Virus record (IMG/VR): IMGVR_UViG_3300048848_000275
Span: 1 to 45,928 of that record
Length of the DNA: 45,928 bases
From: a virus
Taxonomy: Duplodnaviria; Caudoviricetes
Reading direction: 5' to 3' (one strand)
In this document: positions 37,953 to 45,928 of the stretch, in pieces
Numbering within the stretch: the first letter of the stretch is position 1
Layout of the letters: each line of letters starts with the position of its first letter
Position numbers and translations under genes: made by a program
The notes under the pieces: model-generated
Databases searched by the model: none
Seen by the model: the letters and a program-made list of their open reading frames with translations, nothing else
What the model was told of the DNA's origin: nothing

Positions 37953-38744
37953 CTTCAGAGGTCTGCACTCTATCAAGAGCGCAAGGTTCATCAAGCGCGT
38001 TCGGTACAAACTACCAAATCTTTGACAAACTCTCCTCCGTAACTGAGCTTCCCCGTCTCGGGCTGTCGCGGGGGTAAGTTGCGATTGGCTTCGATGATCT
38101 CAAGCAGTTCGGTTTTGTTTGAGCAAACTTGATACCGCAGTTGCGGCCGTCCGCGCGTAAGCGGTTTTTTCCTCGCACATTGACCAATCTCGATTGGGCT
38201 TCCCGAAAAATGCCGCTACAACATTGATGGCGAGAATGCGCCGACAGCGGTCATTCGGGTTAGCGCAAAACTTCATTTTCCCGCTCGTCGTGATTTGAGG
38301 CCGTCTTTGGAGATAGGCAGACGTTCGCAAGCTCGTTGCGACCTCCGCAGCCCGTATCACACTATGGCGAACGTTTGTCAGGAACGAGCCTCATATCGGC
38401 GGATCTTGCGAGAAACGCCTCAATCACTTTTGGAAGCTGCTGCAGCATCTTTGCTTGCGGCAACCCAAAGCGCGGCTCTGAGCGCGGCTCCGCCGAGGAG
38501 ACGTGCAGCTTCGGCATAGACGGACTTCATGATCATGCCTGCGAATTTGGATATGCCGAGTCGATAGTATGCCTGTGGGGAGAGATTAAAAGTCAAACTC
38601 TTTGCACCAGTCATCGTTAAGCTGGCTTTATTGAACTGCGTGTTAGGGTCGCCATTCATGCGTGTTGGTGTTAATGGAACCAGCGTGCTCGAACGCCCTA
38701 TGTTGGTGACGCGTTGAAGCCACAGACCTAAGAGAGAACTGGCC

Positions 38745-39914
38745 TTGCGCCCACCTTTGACTGATTTTTTTGTAGAGAGCTTTAGAGACCTGCGATCGGT
38801 CGAACTGCCCAATCTTGAGCAGGTAAATTTGATCGTGGGCGGTAACAACAGCGGTAAGACATCCGTGCTAGAGGCAATAGCAATTGCGCTTTCGCCGGTA
38901 GACGTTGTTGACTGGTCTAGCACAGCTCGAAGCAGAGAAGTACGCTCGACCTTCCCTCACGGTGATGCTCTAAATGCGCTCGACGCAATAAAATGGATGT
39001 TCCCCCATGACCCCCAGCGAGGCTTGGACCGGCCTGACCGAATTGCTCTTCACATGCGAGGGGACTGGATCGTTGACAAGCTAGTTGCTCATTGCACTTT
39101 AGTCAGAGGTATCCCGCCCGAGGAACTGTTTAGCAGTACAAGTCGTCGTAGCCAACGCAGCCGCGAGGGCACATTCGATATGGAAGAGACGGGATTGCAT
39201 CTTGAGATTTCTGCCGATTTAAACCGCTCTTCAAAAAACAACTTTGAGCCATCGCTGTTCGATCCTGAGAGTCAGGTCCTTTATAACGATGTTTTTCTTT
39301 GGCCTTCCGTGGGGTTGACGCAAAAACGACGAGCGCCCCCTCGACTAAGGAAAATGTTACTTGGCCCTTACTCGCACAGAAATCAGCCTCTACTTCTGCA
39401 AAGTCTTTCAAGACTAACTGAAATGGGATTGAAAGACCGCTTGATCGGCCTACTCGTAAGTATTGACCCGGATTTGTTGGACTTCGATATCATTACGTCT
39501 GAGCCATTCGGTAAGCCGACGTTGCTGGTCGAACGAAGAAATGCAGGATTTGTGCCGATCAGCGTGCTCGGTGACGGCTTCAGGCGAGCGCTATCTATAG
39601 CCTTGGCCATGGTCGAGGCCCGAGCCGGCGTTCTGCTAATTGACGAGATTGAGACCGCTTTTCATGTGAGCGTACTTGATCGCGTCTTCCCATGGATGAA
39701 CGAAATTGCAAGAGATTTGGACGTTCAAATTTTTGCAACCACACATAGCCTTGAAGCTATACAAGCAATGTCAAACGATAGGGCGTTTAAAGGAAGCCAG
39801 TCGTTGGCTGCTTTCCATCTGAGCTCCGATGGCCCTGCAAGGCGTATGTCGAAGCGATACAGCTTAGACATGTTGCGCCGATTGGTCAGGGACCGTGGGT
39901 TGGATATCAGGTAG
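38745..39914 (+). CDS. ABC-type (AAA_15/AAA_21-like) ATPase
   Basis: VNLIVGGNNSGKTSVLEAI Walker A, LGDGFRR signature, LLIDEIETAFH Walker B/D-loop, FATTHS H-loop. Confidence 0.9.
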   Translation: MRPPLTDFFVESFRDLRSVELPNLEQVNLIVGGNNSGKTSVLEAIAIALSPVDVVDWSSTARSREVRSTFPHGDALNALDAIKWMFPHDPQRGLDRPDRIALHMRGDWIVDKLVAHCTLVRGIPPEELFSSTSRRSQRSREGTFDMEETGLHLEISADLNRSSKNNFEPSLFDPESQVLYNDVFLWPSVGLTQKRRAPPRLRKMLLGPYSHRNQPLLLQSLSRLTEMGLKDRLIGLLVSIDPDLLDFDIITSEPFGKPTLLVERRNAGFVPISVLGDGFRRALSIALAMVEARAGVLLIDEIETAFHVSVLDRVFPWMNEIARDLDVQIFATTHSLEAIQAMSNDRAFKGSQSLAAFHLSSDGPARRMSKRYSLDMLRRLVRDRGLDIR

Positions 39915-39916
39915 TT

Positions 39917-40714
39917 ATGGGAAACTCACTGCTCGTAGTTGAAGGCGTTCATGACGCCACCTTTTTTGGTCTCCTACTTGCTGAGCATGGCTTCACCAAG
40001 GTTGTGGACGTTGGTGATGTGCCGGCCGTTTGGCAGAGACTCATCCCCAGTAAGTTTCCCGTAAACGATCGGCTGGATCACGTCGTTCACTACCCGGATA
40101 TGTATATTCATCCACAGAGAGCTAATAACTCTGTTGCGATCCTTGTCGCACAGGGCCAATCGCTTATCAAAGACGAGCTTAAAGACGCGATTGGTATCCT
40201 GAGATTAGATTTAATCGATAAAATCGCCATCTGCGTTGATGCCGATTTGGATGCTGCGAACGCTTTCACCGAAGTCGTTGCAACCTTTTCTGATGTTAAT
40301 GACTGGGGACTCGAACAAGGAGTTTTAACTGAGGCCCTGAAGTTACCTGACCAGCCAAGCACTTTTTCCAACAGCGCGATAAGCCTTGGAGCTTTCGTAT
40401 TTCCGAATAATGCTTCAGCAGGCGCGTTAGAAACTCTGTTGATTGATCTGGCGAATGAACACTTTCCAGAGATCAGCAAGCGTAGCTCCACCTTCGTAGC
40501 TGAAATAGATGCAGCTCACGACGTGTCAGATAAGCTCATGAAAAAGTTTCGGAAGGGCGGCAATCGGTTAAAAACTCACGCCGCAATAGTAAGTAATTTT
40601 CTTCGTCCTGGTTCAAACTTAGCGGTCGCAATTGAGCAGTGCGGCTGGTTGCCAGGTCACGAACACGATAGCTTGGTTCGAGTACGCGGTTTTGTTGGCG
40701 ACTTCGTACGCTAA
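39917..40714 (+). CDS. TOPRIM-like protein (DUF3226-like), partner of the ABC ATPase
   Basis: LLVVEGVHD, ICVDAD (DxD), FVFPNN..GALETLL; starts 2 nt after the ATPase stop. Confidence 0.75.
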   Translation: MGNSLLVVEGVHDATFFGLLLAEHGFTKVVDVGDVPAVWQRLIPSKFPVNDRLDHVVHYPDMYIHPQRANNSVAILVAQGQSLIKDELKDAIGILRLDLIDKIAICVDADLDAANAFTEVVATFSDVNDWGLEQGVLTEALKLPDQPSTFSNSAISLGAFVFPNNASAGALETLLIDLANEHFPEISKRSSTFVAEIDAAHDVSDKLMKKFRKGGNRLKTHAAIVSNFLRPGSNLAVAIEQCGWLPGHEHDSLVRVRGFVGDFVR

Positions 40715-41158
40715 ATTTAGGCGGTTACTGCGAGTAGTCTACTGAATGAGAAGGCGGGATCGGCGCTTTCTCCATTCCCAATCGCGTTTACGGTTCAGTG
40801 ATAAAGGTTTCGCACGCGCTAATAGCTATCTACCAAAACGGCATGACGCGTAGGGCATGCGGTCCCCACTCCCACGCAGACCATCGGCTTCGGTCAACTA
40901 AGTAGGTCGCACGGAGCGACCTCAAAAGTTCGGTAAGCATTTCAGATCGGAACGACCGCTAAGGGCCGATACGTTAAATCACATTTCGCTCGACCTCGTC
41001 GAGCGTAGTGTCAACCGCCGGTCCGATAAAGAGGAAAGTTGGACAAGTGATCTGACTGTTCCACCGTCTAGCCGGACCAAGTGGTACCCCCTTTGCTGAT
41101 ATGCGAACTAATATGTATTTTGTCCAGAAATTGGTAGAAATCTGAAGAAGTTTAAAGG

Positions 41159-41938
41159 GTGGCGGCTGTGGCTTTTTCTATAGATGAAACGAACCGGGTC
41201 CGGCAACTGGTTGAACTTTCTGCAACAGTTGAGCCGACGGACGACCCTGACAGGTTCGATTTAAATGTCACGTTGCTCCTCCAACCGGACGAAATCGAAG
41301 TTGGAGATTATACGGTATTGGTCGGATTCTCCGAAGCGTTCGTATCGCTCGAAACTTTCGGATGTGAAGCGGACCGCGCTACAAAATTCGGTATGCGTCG
41401 CGTTGCGGAAAGCGGCGTTAGAACACAGTCAACGGAGAAATCAGTTAAGGCGACGGTAAGCAGGCAGGTTGCGCATGAGGCTGTCGTGAAAGGCAAGATA
41501 TCGCTCGTCGATAACGCTCTGGAGCTCGGAGGAAAGGCAAGTGAAACGAGTTCGCAGACAACCGACGTGACACTTACAGTGAAAGAGGAGCATTCAAAAC
41601 TCCATATCCCTGTTGAATCTATAGGTAACGATCGTTGGCTGATCTCGGAGGAAACGGGGAGCAACCTCACGGGTTATTATCTCAGTTACCAGCGGCTTTG
41701 CCACCTCGTGAAAAGACGAGCAGCGTCTAACCGGTTCGGGGCAAGTCTATCGTTTCGGGTTAAGAGGCGGGATATAGAGATACAGGTTGTTGATAACCGG
41801 TCCTATTTAAAGTTGAACAAAACCAAAGAAAAATTACTGGCTATTTTATTGGGTAAATTTTTCGACAGTTCGAAGGCTGAACGAGACAATCAAGCCATAA
41901 CGTTTTCCGAGACGGTGATCGATGATCAAGGACAATGA
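41159..41938 (+). CDS. Hypothetical beta-rich protein with Ser/Thr-rich amphipathic segment
   Basis: 259-aa ORF after an AT-rich upstream region; overlaps the next gene by 17 nt. Confidence 0.7.
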   Translation: MAAVAFSIDETNRVRQLVELSATVEPTDDPDRFDLNVTLLLQPDEIEVGDYTVLVGFSEAFVSLETFGCEADRATKFGMRRVAESGVRTQSTEKSVKATVSRQVAHEAVVKGKISLVDNALELGGKASETSSQTTDVTLTVKEEHSKLHIPVESIGNDRWLISEETGSNLTGYYLSYQRLCHLVKRRAASNRFGASLSFRVKRRDIEIQVVDNRSYLKLNKTKEKLLAILLGKFFDSSKAERDNQAITFSETVIDDQGQ

Positions 41939-43043
41939 TTTTATCGAAATTTGCTCCGATGATACGTTCGGTAGGGCTGTCGAAAGAGTTGCAGTCAACT
42001 CCGGCAGTTTCACAGAACTCGTACACGATTGCGGACTAAATCCGCTCGAGGATTTTCGGTTCGTCAACCTCGACGAAGTTGATTTCTCGGGAGCCGATCT
42101 ACGTGGCTTCGACTTTACGGGCTCGTCGCTGCGGGACACTCGCTGGACTGGTACCAAATTCGACGAAACAACGGTCACGCTCGGTGCAGATCTTACTGGT
42201 TCGGGTTTTGAACGTGAAGTCACCATTGATGAGGTAATTATTCATCCAGATGAAATTCTACGCCGGCATTGGACCGAAGTTGTCATGTGGATGGACGGCA
42301 TACAGCCTGAACAGATAGACACGACGGAAAATCTTGAGAAGGTCTTAGTAACGTTTGTCAGTGCAAAAGATTCATTCATCCGTAGGACGGCACTCCGAAC
42401 GCTTTCACGCTTCATGTCATTCACACAGTTACTCGCTATCCTGAGAACTGCCGTATTTGACAAGGACGACAAACAACTAATTAGTACCGCATTCGATTTG
42501 TTGAGCCAGTTCTTTCCTACTCATCAGCAGGAAGTCGTTAAGTTCACCACTCCTTTTCTGGCCGGGGAGTATGCTGCAGAAGCTGCGTCGTTCCTGGCAA
42601 CGCATTTGCAGTCGCGCTTTGCGGTGCGCTCCCTAATCGAACTTATGTCTCGGAAACCCGAGCGCATTGATCGTCTACGTTTCATATCCGCTTACGTCCG
42701 GAGCAGAGGCGCGGTCTCCATGTTGATTGTAAGGGATCCTATCGAGGGGGATCCGTTTGACTTCGGATCGACGATCGATCCTTTGCGAGTGGCGCTTAGA
42801 AGTAGAGCAATCGCTAGAATGGCGTCAGAAGAGCGCCGAAATTCCCGCATTCAAGGAGAATTTCTTAGTTTCTTCAACGTGCCGCGAGAGGAAGTTGAAT
42901 TTCAGGTTCTGCGTGTCCTTCGTGAGTTGAGCGCATTTGGTTTCAACTGGCAAATTCCCCGCACGGCGGAGATGTTCAGATATCAAGAAGAACGCAGGCG
43001 GGTTGAAGCTAGAGAGGGCAGGTCATACAGGGACTTCTTATAA
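41922..43043 (+). CDS. Pentapeptide-repeat protein with C-terminal helical (HEAT-like) region
   Basis: EDFRF-VNLDE-VDFSG-ADLRG-FDFTG-SSLRD-TRWTG-TKFDE repeats, then helical repeats such as DSFIRRTALRTL. Confidence 0.75.
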   Translation: MIKDNDFIEICSDDTFGRAVERVAVNSGSFTELVHDCGLNPLEDFRFVNLDEVDFSGADLRGFDFTGSSLRDTRWTGTKFDETTVTLGADLTGSGFEREVTIDEVIIHPDEILRRHWTEVVMWMDGIQPEQIDTTENLEKVLVTFVSAKDSFIRRTALRTLSRFMSFTQLLAILRTAVFDKDDKQLISTAFDLLSQFFPTHQQEVVKFTTPFLAGEYAAEAASFLATHLQSRFAVRSLIELMSRKPERIDRLRFISAYVRSRGAVSMLIVRDPIEGDPFDFGSTIDPLRVALRSRAIARMASEERRNSRIQGEFLSFFNVPREEVEFQVLRVLRELSAFGFNWQIPRTAEMFRYQEERRRVEAREGRSYRDFL

Positions 43044-43141
43044 TTGCGGTGCATCGCATTCTTCGGTCGCAACGGCAACCAGAAGGCTATTGAAAGACCA
43101 GTACGGCAGCAACGGTGCTGCCGGTACAAGGTAGGCCGAAA

Positions 43142-43524
43142 ATGACGAACGCACTGGAACTTCTCAAGTCGGCAGCAACCACCGGCAACGTTGGTGGCAA
43201 GAACCCACTCGATCTTTTTTACAGCAAAGTCGATACGCAGATTGCTTTCGCCAAGCTGGTTAGAGAAGGCAAGGCGATTAACACCCGCAGCCTGTGGTTC
43301 CGCAAGGACGGTGCAACGTATGTTGTGAGCGTCGGACGCAATGCGCTTGAGATCGCGGGCAGCAAGTTGTTCCGCGCAACGATCTCGATGGCGTTGTTGA
43401 ACTCCTGACAGCGGCTAAGATGGCCGTGCAGCAGGACAAGAAGCTTCAAGCCGCCATAGCAGTCCACAGCATGGAGCGCAGCGAGCGGTTGAAGAAGGGT
43501 CGGGCGAAAGCCAAAACCCAGTAA
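43142..43524 (+). pseudogene. Frameshifted small hypothetical protein (DUF6641-like)
   Basis: MTNALELLK…SLWFRKDG.TYVVSVGRNALEIAG continues after ~43380 in another frame as DLDGVVELLTAAKMAVQQDKKLQAAI…KAKTQ* (TAA 43522-43524). Confidence 0.5.
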
Positions 43525-43867
43525 CCAAACGGTCTGATTGCGCAATCGGACTTAGCGTCACCGGAAACAGTGGGGCTTCTCCGTGTCTGGCATTCTCGCG
43601 CAGCCACACAGAAGTCGTGTACGCCGCTCGTCAGGCCCAGAGACTTATGCCGAAGCTGTCCGTGCAAGGACGCCGCGGTTAAGTATGAATAAACGGCCGG
43701 AGCGCAAGTCATCCCGCGTAGATTGGGATCTCCGAGCTCGCATGTCCCGCAAACATTGAGATCATCACGCAGGAAGGACTCATCTAGCTGTGTAGCCAAA
43801 GTCTGGATCGTGTTTTGTCGCCGTGCCGGAGAGGTTGAATGACGCTGCGCGACGGACGGCGCGCATC

Positions 43868-43980
43868 ACTCTTTAAAGAGTAGTCCGAACCATTCCGCAA
43901 AAATCCGCAGTACACTGAAATTATTGAGAGTTTTGCAACTTCTCGACTACTCTTTTCAGCTCCATACGTCAAAACGCGAG
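43868..43980 (-). repeat. Right end of island: palindrome, two GAGTAGTC motifs, terminal inverted repeat and 6-nt footprint
   Basis: ACTCTTTAAAGAGT palindrome 43868-43881; GAGTAGTCCGA 43878-43888; TCGACTACTCTTTTCA 43943-43958; IR 43954-43974; CGCGAG 43975-43980. Confidence 0.75.
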
Positions 43981-45643
43981 GCGCACGGGGCATTGGCTGA
44001 ACGGCAGGCTGGGAGGCACGACCCTTGCCGACGCGATCGCGGCAATCCTCTCCGATCACGGCTTCGACGACTTCGACGTGTCCGGCGTGACCGGCGATCT
44101 GACCGGCTATGTGCAGGCCGACGTCACCCCGGCGCGCTCGCTGCTGGAGCCTCTGTTCAGCGTGTTTCAGATCGACGTCAGCGAGGATGCCGGACGCTTG
44201 CGGTTCCGCTCACGGCAGGGTGCAAGCCTTGCTGCGCGCGAGATCGGGATCGTGGCGGAGGTGGAGGGCGAACCGCTGTGGTCGGAAAGCCGGGGACACG
44301 ACAGCGATTTTCCGGCGGAAGCGGTGCTCGGCTTCTACAATCCGGTTCTGGACTACGAGCAGGCGAGCGCACGGTCGCGCCGCGCTACGGCCGAAAGCGA
44401 GCGGGTGGCAAGCTACGACCTGCCGGCGACGCTGTGCGAGGAGGCGGCGCTCGGGGCGGTGGAATCGGTGCTGCGGGCGCAGCGTGTGGCACGGCGCTCG
44501 ATCTCCTTCACACTGCCGCCACAGGATCTGGCGCTTGAGCCTGGCGATGCGGTGCACCTTACCGATGGCCCCGACGGTATGTTCGTCGTCCAGCGGGTCG
44601 AGGACGGGGCGGTGCGGCGGATCGAGGCAGAGAGCCATGCGCCGCTTCCGCCTGGCCGGTATGACGCGGTGACGACGCGGCGCGACAGCGGGCGTTCGGC
44701 GAGCGACGCCTTTGCGCCGGTCCTCCATTTCCTCGACCTGCCGCACCTGACCTCCTCTGATGATGAAGGGTTTGCGGCGGTGGCAGCCTATTGCAGGCCC
44801 TGGCGGCGGATCGCCGTTTCGTCCTCGGCAACGACCGATGGATATCGCAGGCGGGTGATGGTCGATCGCCCAGCAAGGCTCGGCTTGCTGGTTTCGGCGC
44901 TCGATCCCGGTGTAACGGGACGGTTCGACCGCTCAAAGGTGCTCGATCTCGACCTTTATTTCGGCGGTCTCTCGTCGGCGCAGACGCTGGCGGTGTTGAG
45001 CGGCGACAACCGGCTAGCCATCCGCGCGTCAAACGGCATCTGGGAAATCGTCGGGTTTGCCGAGGCGCAGGAAATCGCGGCGGGGCGATGGCGGCTGTCC
45101 GGATTGCTGCGGGGACTGGCGGGAACCGAGGATGCGATGGCGGCCGGGAGCGCTGTCGGTGGGGCCTGCGTGGTGCTGGACGATGCCGTGAAGCCGCTCG
45201 GGCTGACCGGTGACGAGCAGGGACGGAGGCTGAATTTCCTGGCCGAAAGCCTGGGCGCCGTCGGAGGCCGATCCGGACCGCATGTGTTTGCCGGTGGAGA
45301 AAGGGCGCAGACGCCGCTTTCGCCGGTGCATATCCGCGGCGTCCGGTTGGCCGATGGCGCTGCCCAGTTCCACTGGATCCGGCGCGGGCGCGTCGATGCC
45401 GACGGCTGGGACGGGCGCGATATTCCGCGAGACGAGCCGGACGAAGGCTACCGCGTCGAGATCCTCGGGACCAGTGGCGTCGTGGTGCGGCGGGTGGATG
45501 TCGAGGTTCCGCTGTTCCTTTATCCGGCGAGCGACGAGCTTGCCGATTTTGGCTCTCAGCAGCCGAGCCTCACCCTGCGCATCCGCCAGATCGGGCAAGC
45601 CGTGCCGCTGGGCATTGCGGCGCTCGCGACGATCCACTTTTGA
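43981..45643 (+). pseudogene. Megatron (RcGTA g15-like), 3' part
   Basis: From 43982 reads RTGHWLNGRLGGTTLADAIAAIL…, in frame with ORF 44078-45643 (LEPGDAV, FLDLP, WEIVGFAEA, LSGLLRG..GTE, WIRRGRVDADGW). Confidence 0.93.
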
Positions 45644-45706
45644 CGGCCCGGTTTGGGTGGCAAGTTTGGATGCCAAGTTCTGACAATTTCGTGATGGGAG
45701 ACAGCT

Positions 45707-45928
45707 ATGGACGGGACAAAAGCCTGGTATCAATCGAAGACCATCTGGGGCGCGCTGATTGCCGTTGCAGCCCCGCTTGCGCATGCGGCGGGACTGGAGC
45801 TTAACGCTGAAACGCAAGGAGAGCTTACCGACATCGCGGTCACCTTTGCCGGTGCTATCGGAGGGTTGCTGGCGCTCTATGGGCGTATCGTCGCGAGCGC
45901 GCCGATCCGTCCGACGGGCAAGGGATGA
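45707..45928 (+). CDS. Small two-helix membrane protein, holin-like
   Basis: KAWYQSKTIWGALIA…GGLLALYGRI; GGGAG RBS; directly after the tail genes. Confidence 0.6.
   Translation: MDGTKAWYQSKTIWGALIAVAAPLAHAAGLELNAETQGELTDIAVTFAGAIGGLLALYGRIVASAPIRPTGKG

Larger units (their letters stand above)
17287..43980. mobile_element. ~26.7 kb tyrosine-recombinase integrative element (SE/GMT-like) inserted in the megatron gene
   Basis: Removal restores the megatron frame; imperfect terminal IRs (16/21); 6-nt non-target sequence CGCGAG at the right junction; recombinase module 31550-37952; visibly lower GC. Confidence 0.88.

Noticed and set aside
37953-38744. Short ORFs between the integrase and the ABC ATPase
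   Set aside because: Mutually overlapping, no motifs or clear RBS; treated as intergenic
17277-43980. GCGAG at 17277-17281 and 43976-43980 as a 5-bp target-site duplication
   Set aside because: Recombining at these copies would delete AACTG and shift the megatron frame; the left copy is not adjacent to the terminal IR
17287-43980. CRISPR array, tRNA target site, relaxase or conjugation genes in the island
   Set aside because: No regularly spaced repeats, tRNA-like sequence or relaxase/T4SS motifs seen by eye
44078-45643. 521-aa ORF as an independent tail gene
   Set aside because: It is the in-frame continuation of the interrupted megatron; coding similarity begins at 43982, upstream of the GTG
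1-45928. Calling the head-tail cluster plus integrases a single prophage
   Set aside because: No phage replication or repressor module is visible, gene order and the short tape measure match RcGTA-type clusters, and the integrases belong to a separate element that breaks a tail gene

Overview
The window holds a nearly complete RcGTA-type (gene transfer agent-like) head-tail cluster from a GC-rich alphaproteobacterium; a Rhizobiaceae-like host is my inference. It runs terminase, portal, prohead protease, major capsid, adaptor/stopper/terminator, tail tube, chaperones, short tape measure, distal tail, hub, NlpC/P60, megatron and a holin-like gene, with several accessory genes wedged between core genes. 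The megatron gene is split by a ~26.7 kb lower-GC island (17287-43980). Joining 17286 to 43981 restores an intact 1265-aa reading frame (…SDGEN-W-RTGHWLNGR…). The island has imperfect ~21-bp terminal inverted repeats, no target duplication and a 6-bp foreign sequence (CGCGAG) at its right junction. Its internal four-gene module encodes a tyrosine-recombinase-fold protein, a large integrase broken by one TAG, a small coiled-coil protein and an intact integrase. This resembles SE/GMT-type elements, but in a permuted order. Cargo looks defence-like: a GHKL/MORC-histidine kinase, a receiver protein with an RxxxxH (HEPN-like) tail and a C5 DNA methyltransferase, flanked by a PD-(D/E)XK-like protein and a Ser/Thr kinase; an ABC ATPase + TOPRIM-like pair; an HTH-GIY-YIG nuclease; a beta-rich protein + pentapeptide-repeat pair; and several pseudogenes. 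All family assignments come from reading motifs by eye; no searches were run.
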